Assembly (NCBI GenBank): GCA_044222475.1
Contig: JBGANF010000004.1
Span: 64,001 to 128,000 of the forward strand
Direction: 5' to 3'
Length of the DNA: 64,000 nucleotides
DNA from: Polyangiaceae bacterium
GTDB lineage: Bacteria; Myxococcota_A; Polyangia; Polyangiales; Polyangiaceae
Made by a program: the position numbers and the translations under genes
Notes under the pieces: model-generated
What the model was told of the DNA's origin: nothing
Seen by the model: the letters and a program-made list of their open reading frames with translations, nothing else
Database searches by the model: none
Shown here: one piece after another, positions 48,126 to 57,257 of the stretch
How positions within the stretch are numbered: the stretch's first letter is position 1
How the letters are laid out: each line of letters starts with the position of its first letter

Positions 48126-49037
48126 ATGTCTCTCTTGGGGTTGAAGCACGCGAAGGACGTACGCCAGCTGTGGACCGTCGCCACGTACTACGCGCTGCTC
48201 GTCAGCATGGTGACGGTGCCCGCGTGCCGGAACATCGTGGTTCTGGGCGCCGCGTGCGCGTTCTCGTTTCTGACCGCGGTGGTGAATCACAACAACCTCC
48301 ACCAGGGGATGTTCCACTCGAAGCGCGCGAACCAGGTGTTCCGCCTGCTCCTCAGCTTCGCCGCGCTCTACCCGGTCTCGGCGAACGTCCCGGCCCACAA
48401 CCTCGTTCACCACCACTTCGACGACGACGGGCAACCCGACTGGGCGGACCCGAAGCAGGTGAGCTTCCGGTGGAACCTGCTCAACCTGATTCACTTCCCC
48501 AACAGCGCCGGCCCGACGACGTTCAACGGCGTCACGCGCTGGGGAAAGCTCCTCGGTCGCGGCGAGTTCCGCCGCCAGTACACCCTCGAGTCGGTGTTCG
48601 CGTTCGGGCTCACCGGTGCGCTGCTCGTGTGGGACTTCTGGACGGTCCTCTTCTTCGTCGTCGTCCCGCAGCTCTGGGGCGCGCGGTGGTTCCTTCGCAT
48701 CAACATCATCCAGCACGACGGCTGCGACACGACGAGCGAGTGGAATCACTCGCGCAACTTCGTCGGCCGCATCTTCAACTGGTTCATGATGAACAACGGC
48801 TACCACACGATCCACCACGACCGCGCCGGCCTCCACTGGACCGAGCTCGCCGACGCCCACGCGCGCGAGGTCGTGCCGCACATCGATCCGTCACTCGACG
48901 AGCCCAGCATGGTGCTCTACCTGCTCCGCACCTACGTCTTCCGCTTCTCTCGGCCAGAGACGGTGCGCGAAGCAGGAGGGCCGGCGCTGGCGGCGCGCGC
49001 GGTGCGCCGAGCCGAAGCCGAAGCCGAGGCGGCCTAG
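48126..49037 (+). CDS. Membrane fatty acid desaturase
   Basis: His boxes HNNLH, HNLVHH, HTIHH. Confidence 0.88.
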   Translation: MSLLGLKHAKDVRQLWTVATYYALLVSMVTVPACRNIVVLGAACAFSFLTAVVNHNNLHQGMFHSKRANQVFRLLLSFAALYPVSANVPAHNLVHHHFDDDGQPDWADPKQVSFRWNLLNLIHFPNSAGPTTFNGVTRWGKLLGRGEFRRQYTLESVFAFGLTGALLVWDFWTVLFFVVVPQLWGARWFLRINIIQHDGCDTTSEWNHSRNFVGRIFNWFMMNNGYHTIHHDRAGLHWTELADAHAREVVPHIDPSLDEPSMVLYLLRTYVFRFSRPETVREAGGPALAARAVRRAEAEAEAA

Positions 49038-49044
49038 AGCCCAC

Positions 49045-49809
49045 GTGCTGTCGCGCGAGGTGATGGGTATCTTCTGCCTCGTCGTCCTGTGGACGACGGC
49101 GCTCCTCGTCGCGGCGGCGGCGTTCCAGCTTCGCGGGCGCCTGGCCGCGAAGGCGAGGTCGCTGGGGAAGGCCAAGGTCGGCATCATCGACAGCGAGGGC
49201 ACGTTCGCCACCGCGTTCGTCGAGCAGGTCGGCCGCGCGCTGGACCCGGCGGACGCACCGGCGATCACCTTCCACGACCGCCGGTACGGCGGCTCGATCG
49301 CCGGGGGCGCGCTCGTCTGCGCCGGCGAGCGCGTCGAGGTCGCCGCCGCCGAGGACGCCGAAGTCTGGGTCGACGACGCGCGCCGCGAAAAGGCCGCCCG
49401 TTGTCCCTCGTTGGGATCCTTCGACGAGGCGTACGCGATGGCACGCAAGGCCAAAGGCTGGGTGCGTACCGTCGAGGTACGGCTCGAAAAGGGCGACCGC
49501 GTCCACTATTTCCCCGGAGCGCACCCGGTGATCGCCACCTTCGATCCCACCCGATGGCTCGGCGAGAAGGCGCGCGCCCTCGTCGTCTTCGCCATCACCG
49601 AGCTCTTCGTCTGCGGGGTCGTCACCCGGGTCGCCCTCAGCGAACCCCTCTTCGGTACCGTCAGCACGATCGGTGGGGCGCTCGCGATCGCGTTCTTCCT
49701 GGGCGTGACGCCGCTCGGCGTGAAGCTGCGCGAGGTGGCGCGATTCCCGAGCGAGGCCCGCCTGCTCGGCGTGTGGCAGCGAAGCGCCATCCGAGAGACG
49801 ACGGGGTGA
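49045..49809 (+). CDS. Hypothetical membrane protein
   Basis: One N-terminal and two C-terminal hydrophobic segments; GTGA overlap with the next gene. Confidence 0.65.
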   Translation: MLSREVMGIFCLVVLWTTALLVAAAAFQLRGRLAAKARSLGKAKVGIIDSEGTFATAFVEQVGRALDPADAPAITFHDRRYGGSIAGGALVCAGERVEVAAAEDAEVWVDDARREKAARCPSLGSFDEAYAMARKAKGWVRTVEVRLEKGDRVHYFPGAHPVIATFDPTRWLGEKARALVVFAITELFVCGVVTRVALSEPLFGTVSTIGGALAIAFFLGVTPLGVKLREVARFPSEARLLGVWQRSAIRETTG

Positions 49810-50609
49810 TCACCCTCTCGGCGATCTGGCTCTACCCGGTGAAGGGTCTCCGCGGCCACCCGGTCGACGTGGCGACCGTCGAGCCGCGCGGGCTCGCCGG
49901 CGACCGGCGCTGCATGGTGGTCGACGAGAACGGCGCTTTCGTCACCCAGCGCCAAGATCCCAATTTGGTACGAATGGCCGCGCGCTGGATCGGCCGGTCG
50001 ATCGCGCTGACGCACGAAGGCGCCACCGTCGACGTCGACCTGGAGCACGCGGGACCGTCGGTCGACGTCCGGGTCTGGGCCAGCGACGTCCGTGCCGTGG
50101 AGCTGCCGCTCGGCTCGGAGTTCGTCTCGGCCGCGCTCGGGCGGCGGTGCCGCCTCGTGCGCCTCCCCGAGTCCGAGCGGCGCGCCGTCACGTCGAGCGC
50201 CGGGCTCGAGGGCGACCAGGTCTCGTTTGCCGACGCGTTCCCGTACCTCCTGGCCTCGACCTCGTCGCTCGACGACCTCCGCGCGCGCGCCGGAGATTCG
50301 TCGCTGTCGATGGAGCGCTTCCGGCCCAACCTCGTCGTCGACGGGCTGCCACCGTGGGCCGAGGACGACGTCGCCGAGCTCACGATCGGCGGCGTCGGGT
50401 TCCAGAACCGAAAGCCGTGCGACCGATGCTCCGTGACGCTCGTCGACCCGGAGTCGGGGAAGCCCGGGAAGGAGCCCCTCAAGACCCTATCGACGTTCCG
50501 CGAGCGCGACGGCAAGGTCTACTTCGGCGTCAACCTCGTCGCGACGAGCGACGGGGTCGTCCGCGTCGGCGATCGGTTCGCGGTTCAGCGGGTGAAGGCG
50601 CCGCAGTAG
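49806..50609 (+). CDS. MOSC domain protein (YcbX/mARC-like)
   Basis: IWLYPVKG, GLAGDRR, FVTQR, SFADAFPYLL, RFRPNLVVDG, KPCDRC, FGVNL. Confidence 0.9.
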   Translation: MITLSAIWLYPVKGLRGHPVDVATVEPRGLAGDRRCMVVDENGAFVTQRQDPNLVRMAARWIGRSIALTHEGATVDVDLEHAGPSVDVRVWASDVRAVELPLGSEFVSAALGRRCRLVRLPESERRAVTSSAGLEGDQVSFADAFPYLLASTSSLDDLRARAGDSSLSMERFRPNLVVDGLPPWAEDDVAELTIGGVGFQNRKPCDRCSVTLVDPESGKPGKEPLKTLSTFRERDGKVYFGVNLVATSDGVVRVGDRFAVQRVKAPQ

Positions 50610-50857
50610 GTCTCGCGCTTCTCACCGAGCGACGTCACCACGATCACCGTGCGACAAGGCGAGCCCTGCGCCGCTTCGTCGGCGTGTCGGTGAAACGTCG
50701 CGTAGCCGATCCACGCCGTGACGGCGACGACCCCCACGAGGGCGAGGATGCGCACGCGATCGGAGCCGCTCGCGCGTCGCATCGCGGCGACGTCACGCCG
50801 GATCTCCTCCGCTTCGAGCGCCGCGTAGTCGTTCTCGGCCGGGATGCGGTAGGGCAC
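50585..50857 (-). CDS. Small single-TM hypothetical protein
   Basis: PYR..AEND motif, a hydrophobic segment and two Cys; start uncertain. Confidence 0.5.
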   Translation of the reverse strand: MPYRIPAENDYAALEAEEIRRDVAAMRRASGSDRVRILALVGVVAVTAWIGYATFHRHADEAAQGSPCRTVIVVTSLGEKRETYCGAFTR

Positions 50858-50921
50858 GTCGATCGTACGCCGCCCACGACGAGAGCCTTCCTTCGCGGCG
50901 AAATCGTGACACATTGCGCCC

Positions 50922-51950
50922 ATGTCCGACCTCAGGGACCGGCACGAGCGACCGCTCGGCACGTTGCGCCTGTCGATCACCGACCGGTGCAACCTGCGCT
51001 GCCACTACTGCATGCCGGAGGACGAGTACGTCTGGCTCCCGCAGCCCTCGATCCTGACGGTCCACGAGATCGACCGTGTCGTCCGGGCGTTCGCCAGCCA
51101 CGGCGTGCGCGAGGTACGGCTCACCGGCGGCGAGCCGATGCTGCGCAAGGAGGTCGTCGAGATCGTCGAGCGCGTGAGGGCGGTGACGGGTATCGAAGAG
51201 GTGACGCTGACGACGAACGGGCTCCTCTTCGCGCGGCACGCGGCCGAGCTCCGGCGCGCTGGGCTGGCGCGCGTCACGTTCAGCCTCGACACCCTGCGCC
51301 CCGACCGCGCGCTGAAGCTCACCCGGACGACCCGCCTCGACGACACCATCGCAGCCATCGAGGGCGCGGCGAGCCACGGCTTCCGCGGCACGAAGATCAA
51401 CAGCGTCATCGTACGCGGCGAGAACGACGACGAGATCGTCGATCTCCTGCGCTTCGGCGAGCGCGCCGGCGTCGAGGTGCGCTTCCTCGAATACATGGAC
51501 GTGGGCGGCGCGACGCAGTGGCGCCCGGAGCGGGTGATCGGCAAGGCCGAGATGCTCGCGCGCATCGAGTCCGCGATGGGACCGACCAAGCCGCACGGCG
51601 CGATCGGCCCGGCTCCGGCCGCACGCTTCGTGACCGAAGGCGGGACCGTGTTCGGGATCGTGTCGAGCACGACGGAGCCGTTCTGCGCGCGCTGCGATCG
51701 TGCGCGGGTCACCGCCGACGGGGTCCTGTTCACCTGCCTCTACGCGGCCTCCGGGATCGATCTCGCGACGCGACTTCGCGCCGGCGACGACGACGCGATG
51801 ATCGCATCGCTCATCGCTTCGGTGTGGGCCGGCCGGGCAGACCGCGGCGCCGAGGATCGCGCCCGGATCGCCGTGCGGGAGGACGTCCTGATCCCCGCGG
51901 CGCAGCTCAAGCGCGATCCCCACCGCGAGATGCACACCCGCGGCGGTTGA
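50922..51950 (+). CDS. moaA: GTP 3',8-cyclase MoaA
   Basis: LRLSITDRCNLRCHYCMP, RLTGGEP, FCARCDRAR...TCL, C-terminal GG. Confidence 0.95.
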   Translation: MSDLRDRHERPLGTLRLSITDRCNLRCHYCMPEDEYVWLPQPSILTVHEIDRVVRAFASHGVREVRLTGGEPMLRKEVVEIVERVRAVTGIEEVTLTTNGLLFARHAAELRRAGLARVTFSLDTLRPDRALKLTRTTRLDDTIAAIEGAASHGFRGTKINSVIVRGENDDEIVDLLRFGERAGVEVRFLEYMDVGGATQWRPERVIGKAEMLARIESAMGPTKPHGAIGPAPAARFVTEGGTVFGIVSSTTEPFCARCDRARVTADGVLFTCLYAASGIDLATRLRAGDDDAMIASLIASVWAGRADRGAEDRARIAVREDVLIPAAQLKRDPHREMHTRGG

Positions 51951-51954
51951 AACG

Positions 51955-52638
51955 CTACTCGGTGAGCGCGGCTCGGGGCTCGGCGACCGGAGACTCGGCG
52001 CCGAAGCGACGATCGAACGCGCGGGACGCGAGGGTCCCCGCGGCGACCATCGCGGCGAGGGGGATGACCACCGGCGCACCAGCGATCGTGATCCCGGCAG
52101 CGGCGACCACCGCCGAGACGGCACCCGCCGCCACGACCCCCGCCGCACCGGCCGCCGCTCCACGCGCCGCGCGCTTGCCCACGTGACGCGCGGCGACGCC
52201 GCGGGCGAGGGTCCCCTTGCGCACCGCCGGCACGACCTCGACGCCCGCGAGGACCGCATCGATCGCCGCACCGCCGAGCGCCCCCAACGCGGTCGCACGC
52301 CCGATCTGTCCCAGGGCGCCACGCACCGTCGTTCGAGCGGCGGACGCCACGAGCTCTTCGCTCACGGTCGCTGCGACGCCGCCGGTCGGGGTCAAGCGAA
52401 GCGCGACCCCGCCTCCGCTGATCCCACCCTCACCGAGGGTCATCGCGCGGGCCGTGCTCGCCACCGCGCCGGCCGCCTGCGCCACCGGAGCCGCGACCTT
52501 GACCCCGAGCTGCTCGACCGTCGATTTCGCGAAGCGCGCGCCCGCGCCGATGCGCGCTCCGTGGAGCCCGGATTGAATCGCCGGGATGCCACGAGTGGCG
52601 AGCGCCGCCACGGCCTGAAACGCTTGGAGGAGGGCCAT
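51955..52638 (-). CDS. Ala/Gly-rich hypothetical protein with glycine-zipper-like hydrophobic C-terminus
   Basis: MALLQAFQAV...; TATGCT -10-like box 7 nt before the ATG. Confidence 0.55.
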   Translation of the reverse strand: MALLQAFQAVAALATRGIPAIQSGLHGARIGAGARFAKSTVEQLGVKVAAPVAQAAGAVASTARAMTLGEGGISGGGVALRLTPTGGVAATVSEELVASAARTTVRGALGQIGRATALGALGGAAIDAVLAGVEVVPAVRKGTLARGVAARHVGKRAARGAAAGAAGVVAAGAVSAVVAAAGITIAGAPVVIPLAAMVAAGTLASRAFDRRFGAESPVAEPRAALTE

Positions 52639-52698
52639 GACCACCAGCATACGCGAGAAGGACGCTGACGGCAGGCGCGAACCGTGCGATCGAGAGGT

Positions 52699-53544
52699 AT
52701 GAGATTGGTGCCTTCGTTCTTCGTTGCCGCCGCCGCCCTCCTTCTTGGGCTCGACGCACACGCCTTTCCGCAGTCGACCAACCCGGCGATGACCGATCCG
52801 TCGAAGGCGACGGCGACCGCGCCCGAGACCTTCCGCGCCAAGTTCGAGACGACGAAGGGCGACGTGATCTTCGACTGCACGCGGGCGTGGGCACCCCACG
52901 GCGTCGACCGCTTCTACAACCTGGTGAAGATCGGCTTCTTCGACGACATCGCGCTCTTCCGCGTCTCGAAGGGCTTCGTCGTCCAGTGGGGCATCCACGG
53001 CGACCCCAAGGTGAGCGCCGTCTGGAGCGACGCGAACATCCCGCCCGACCCGCCCAAGCAGTCGAACACGCGCGGGATGCTCACGTACGCGATGGCCGGG
53101 TCGCCGACGACGCGCTCGACCCAGCTGTTCATCAACTACGGCAACAACGCCGGGCTCGACGCGCAGGGCTTCGCTCCCATCTGCAAGGTCGCCGAGGGCA
53201 TGGAGGTCGCCGACTCGTTCAACGGCGAGTACGGCGAGCGCCTCACCGAGATGCAGGGCGAGATCCAGTCGAAGGGCAACGCGTACCTCGCCGCGAGCTG
53301 GCCTCGACTCGATTACGTGAAGACTGCAACCATCGTCAGCGAGGGTCCAGCCCACGAGGGCACCGAAGGCGAGAAGAAGAAGGACGAAGACGGCTCGAGC
53401 TCCGTCCCGTACGTCATCGCCGCGTTCGTGTTCCTCGGCGCCATCGTCTACTTCGTCACCCGCGGCAAGGACGACGAGAAGAAGCCGGAGCCCAAGGCGG
53501 GGACGCCGGGCAAGAAGAAGAAGAAGAAGCGCCCGCAGCGCTAG
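52699..53544 (+). CDS. Cyclophilin-type peptidyl-prolyl isomerase, exported, with C-terminal membrane anchor
   Basis: Signal peptide; FETTKGD, WAPHGVDRF, FRVSKGFVVQWG, TRSTQLFIN; transmembrane segment then basic tail. Confidence 0.88.
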   Translation: MRLVPSFFVAAAALLLGLDAHAFPQSTNPAMTDPSKATATAPETFRAKFETTKGDVIFDCTRAWAPHGVDRFYNLVKIGFFDDIALFRVSKGFVVQWGIHGDPKVSAVWSDANIPPDPPKQSNTRGMLTYAMAGSPTTRSTQLFINYGNNAGLDAQGFAPICKVAEGMEVADSFNGEYGERLTEMQGEIQSKGNAYLAASWPRLDYVKTATIVSEGPAHEGTEGEKKKDEDGSSSVPYVIAAFVFLGAIVYFVTRGKDDEKKPEPKAGTPGKKKKKKRPQR

Positions 53545-53548
53545 ACGC

Positions 53549-56500
53549 TCAGGTCTTGCCGCTCCCCGAGTCGCTCGATCGCTGGGACGGCTGATCGATC
53601 GCGGTGTCGATCAACGTCGGGCCGGTGCCCTGCGATGGATCGCCGGCCGCGCCGGTCGCCGTGCCGGCCTCGAGGAGGCGCTCGGCGAAGCCGAGCAGCG
53701 CGGCGTTCTCCGTCGGCCGAAGCCAGCGAAGCATCTCGGTCGCGTGAAATCGGTACGCCTCGCGGTCGCCTTCTCGCAGCGCGATGCGGGCGCGAGCCTC
53801 GTGCATCGCACCCGCGAGCGGCGGGATGTCCATCGACTCGCACTCCGTGGTCGCCTCGCGAAGGATCGCCTTCGCGCGTTCGCCTTCGCCGAGTTGATCG
53901 AGCGCGACCGCGAGCACGCGACGGGCGCGCATCTGGGCCAGCATGATCGGACCCTCTGGCCGCTTGCCGAGCTCGATCACGGTCTCCGCGTGCGAACGCG
54001 CATCGTCGATCCTTCCAGCCGCCAACAAGCACTCCGCAAAGGCCGCGCCACCCGACTGACGCATCAGCTGATCGTCGGGCTCGAGGGCTCCGACGACGGG
54101 CGCGAGGATGCGCACGCCCTCTGCGGGGTCGCCACGCTCGCGGTGCCACTCGGCGCGGGTGATCGCGAGCCGCGTCTCGTACTGGAACCCCTGGGGAATC
54201 AGCCGCTCGAACGCGACGATGCAGCGCTCCAGCCCGAGGACGTCGTGGGTCAGCGCGTACGCAGGGTGCGCGAACATGAGGATCTGGATGTCGGTCGACC
54301 AGGAGCCGAGCTGAATGCTGGGGACCTCCATCGCTCGCTCGATCGCCTGCGCCTTGCTCTCCTCGCCCCGGTACCGATGATGAACTGCCTTGGTCGCCTG
54401 GACGACGAGCCGGTAGTAGCGAAAACCGAGCTCGTCGATGGCAGCACAGTCCTCGTGCACGCGGGGATCGAACTGATTGACGTCGACGAGGACCCGGAGG
54501 CCGCGAACGCCGGCCTCGGCGAAGCGCCGCTCGGTCTCGGTCGCGACCGCAAAGCGATCGCGCTGGAAGATCTCGAGCGCCCGCGAGAGACGCGTCGCCG
54601 CCGCATCGAGTCGACCGTAGAGGATGTCGGGGAACGCGTGGCTCACGAGGTAGATTGCGTAGGGCACCCGCTTCGTGAACGTCCCGAAGGGATCGACGAG
54701 CGGGACGAGCTCGGCGAGATCGTTCTTTCGGTTCTCCGCGTTGGCGAGGCCGAGCGCGTAGGCGAGTGACGTCGCGAACGTGACGAGCGCGCGCATCGGG
54801 CTCGGCCCACGGGCGCTCCCCCGAAAGACCCAGGCGATCGACGCGACCATGACCCCGAGCACGAGCGCGAGCGGACGGCCGAGGAACCGCAGCCGCGCAG
54901 CTGCTGCGATCCCGGACTGCGCGCGATACTCCTGCACGACGCGGAGAGCGTGCTTGCTGCCGACGGCGCGGTCGGAGACCCACCCCGCGGCGAGGAGCAT
55001 CGCTCGGAGCTCCATCGTTCGTCCGCGAGGGTCGCCGAGACGCTCGCGGGCCGCGAGGGCGGCTTCGAGGGGAGCGATGCAGTCGAGGAGCGCCTGCGCT
55101 TCGAACAGATCGCGACCGGCCTTGGCGAGGAGGTCGGACCCCACGCGCTCGTCGCCGCCTTCGAGCAGGTGGAAGCCGATCTCCGCCGCGCGCTCGTCGG
55201 CGTCGGACTCGAACTGGAGCCGCGCACCGACGGTGCGATGGAGGGCTCGTCGTCTCTCGGGGTCCATCGCGCGCAGAAACGCTTCGCGCGCGCTGTCGTG
55301 GCGAAAACGGAACCTCTCACCGTCGCCCTGGAGCACGCCGCGCTCGGTGAGCTCGTCGATCGCCGCGAACGTCCGATCGACGAGGCGCCCGCTGCTCTCG
55401 TGAACGACCTCGCCGGCGCCCTCGGCGAAGTCCGCGACGAGCTCGAGCGACGGCGTACCGCCGGCGACGGCGAGAACGTCACCCAGACGGCGCGCCTCGT
55501 CCGACAGCCCACGGACGCGCAGATCCATCGCAGCGGCGAGCGTCTTCGGGGCGCCCGACGAAGCGAGATCCGAGGGGACCACCCAGAGGCCCTCGTTGTA
55601 TCGGACGGTCCCGTCCTCGACGAGCTGGCGCATCAGCTCGGTCGCGTGCATCGGGCTTCCCCCGGTCGCTTCGTACAGATGGCGCGCGAGCCGCCCGGAA
55701 TTCGGGGGCGCCCCGAAGAGGGCGTCGACGAGCTCCTTCATCGACTCCTCGCTCAGGCCGACGAGATCGATCGTCTTGCCGTCCTTGCGGAGGGTGGTGA
55801 CGGCCGCATCCGCGCGCACGGTCTCGCCGGTTCGTTGCGCCGCGACGACGAGCAGCTTCCCGCCCTTCGCTTCGCGCGCGAGCGCCGCGAGCGACGCCGC
55901 CGAAGCTTCGTCGCAGCGTTGGATGTCGTCGACGAGCAAGCACAGCGGCACCTTCGCCGCCAGCGCGAGGATCCAGTCGGCGAGTGAGCGCTGCACGCGG
56001 AGGCGCTCTTCGCCGGGGTCCTCCGCCCGAACCGAGACCACCGCGTCGGGCATCCGCTCGCGCACCGCCGAGAGGACGCGCGACAGGACGCCGGCGAACG
56101 GCGCGAGCGCGTCCTTCGCGTCGCCGGGCGCGGCGCGGAACAGAGCCTCCGCGATCGCGTCCATGGTCGAAAAGGGCGACGGAGCCGCGGTCTCGCACGA
56201 GACGCTCGCGGTCTTGGCGCCCGACACCTTCGCCTCGAGCATCACCTCCCGCATGAGACGGCTCTTCCCGGTGCCGGACTCGGCGCGAATGAGGACGGCC
56301 CCACCCTTCCCTCGCCCCGCACGCTCGAGCGCCGTCCTGATCTGCTCGAGCTCCGTCGTGCGTCCGACCAGCGGTGCGCTCGCGACGTACCCTCTCGGGA
56401 CATCCATCTCGTGGTCGGGCTCGAGCCCTCCGATGCCGGCGAGGCGCATCATCACCTCGGCGGCCGTCGAGGGTCGAGCCGCCGGCTCGAAAGCGATGAG

Positions 56501-57241
56501 GCTCATCACGAGCTCGTCGAGCGCGGGTGGGATGTCCTTCGCGTACGCCGAGGGCGGCGGCGGCGGAGCGCGCTGCCACGCGAGGGCGATCTCCTCGAAG
56601 CTGCGAGCGGGGTACGGCAGTCGCTCGGTGAGCAGGACGTAGCCGAGGACACCGAGCGAGTAGAGGTCCGTCCTCCCGTCGAGCGGGATCTCGCGCATGG
56701 TCTCCGGCGCCATGTAGGCCGCCGTCCCGGCCAACTCGGCCGAGGCGCCGACGTTCGCGAGGATCCCGAAGTCCATCAGCTTCGCGCGCCCGTTGGTGAG
56801 CCGCCGCACGTTCTTGGCCGCGAGGTCCCGGTGGACGAACCCGCGGGCGTGCAGCAGGGCCAGCGCACCGGCGACGTCGCGCAACAGGCGACACGCGTCG
56901 CGCGGCGGGACGAGACCCACCTCTTTGAGGTCGACGCCGTCGAGCCGCTCCATCGTGTAGAAAGAGACGTCGCCGTCGTTGCCGAAATCGTACACCGAGA
57001 CGATCCGCGGATGGCGCAAGCTCGCGAGCGTGTGGAACTCGCGACGGAAGCGGAGCTTCGCAGTCTGCGGGTCTTCCGAGGTGTACGGGTACATCCGCTT
57101 GAGCGCGACGGTGCGCTTCTCGGTCTCGTCCCACGCCTCGAAGACCTCACCCATGCCGCCGCGACCGAGGCGTTTCTCCAAGCGATAGCGCTTGGCGATG
57201 ACTGACGGAGCAGTCGACGGAGGCGGCATCGATCGCATCAT
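53549..57241 (-). CDS. Hanks-type protein kinase fused to an AAA/STAND ATPase and helical repeats
   Basis: LGRGGMGEV, ALK, HRDLAAKN, DFG, APE, DLYSLG; LVGR..EL, AESGTGKS, LLVDD, GGSP. Confidence 0.92.
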   Translation of the reverse strand: MMRSMPPPSTAPSVIAKRYRLEKRLGRGGMGEVFEAWDETEKRTVALKRMYPYTSEDPQTAKLRFRREFHTLASLRHPRIVSVYDFGNDGDVSFYTMERLDGVDLKEVGLVPPRDACRLLRDVAGALALLHARGFVHRDLAAKNVRRLTNGRAKLMDFGILANVGASAELAGTAAYMAPETMREIPLDGRTDLYSLGVLGYVLLTERLPYPARSFEEIALAWQRAPPPPPSAYAKDIPPALDELVMSLIAFEPAARPSTAAEVMMRLAGIGGLEPDHEMDVPRGYVASAPLVGRTTELEQIRTALERAGRGKGGAVLIRAESGTGKSRLMREVMLEAKVSGAKTASVSCETAAPSPFSTMDAIAEALFRAAPGDAKDALAPFAGVLSRVLSAVRERMPDAVVSVRAEDPGEERLRVQRSLADWILALAAKVPLCLLVDDIQRCDEASAASLAALAREAKGGKLLVVAAQRTGETVRADAAVTTLRKDGKTIDLVGLSEESMKELVDALFGAPPNSGRLARHLYEATGGSPMHATELMRQLVEDGTVRYNEGLWVVPSDLASSGAPKTLAAAMDLRVRGLSDEARRLGDVLAVAGGTPSLELVADFAEGAGEVVHESSGRLVDRTFAAIDELTERGVLQGDGERFRFRHDSAREAFLRAMDPERRRALHRTVGARLQFESDADERAAEIGFHLLEGGDERVGSDLLAKAGRDLFEAQALLDCIAPLEAALAARERLGDPRGRTMELRAMLLAAGWVSDRAVGSKHALRVVQEYRAQSGIAAAARLRFLGRPLALVLGVMVASIAWVFRGSARGPSPMRALVTFATSLAYALGLANAENRKNDLAELVPLVDPFGTFTKRVPYAIYLVSHAFPDILYGRLDAAATRLSRALEIFQRDRFAVATETERRFAEAGVRGLRVLVDVNQFDPRVHEDCAAIDELGFRYYRLVVQATKAVHHRYRGEESKAQAIERAMEVPSIQLGSWSTDIQILMFAHPAYALTHDVLGLERCIVAFERLIPQGFQYETRLAITRAEWHRERGDPAEGVRILAPVVGALEPDDQLMRQSGGAAFAECLLAAGRIDDARSHAETVIELGKRPEGPIMLAQMRARRVLAVALDQLGEGERAKAILREATTECESMDIPPLAGAMHEARARIALREGDREAYRFHATEMLRWLRPTENAALLGFAERLLEAGTATGAAGDPSQGTGPTLIDTAIDQPSQRSSDSGSGKT

Positions 57242-57257
57242 GGTACACGGTGGGAGC

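Noticed and set aside
46126..49037. Polyyne/acetylenase biosynthetic cluster
   Set aside because: No fatty acyl-AMP ligase, ACP, thioesterase or rubredoxin lies next to the desaturases.
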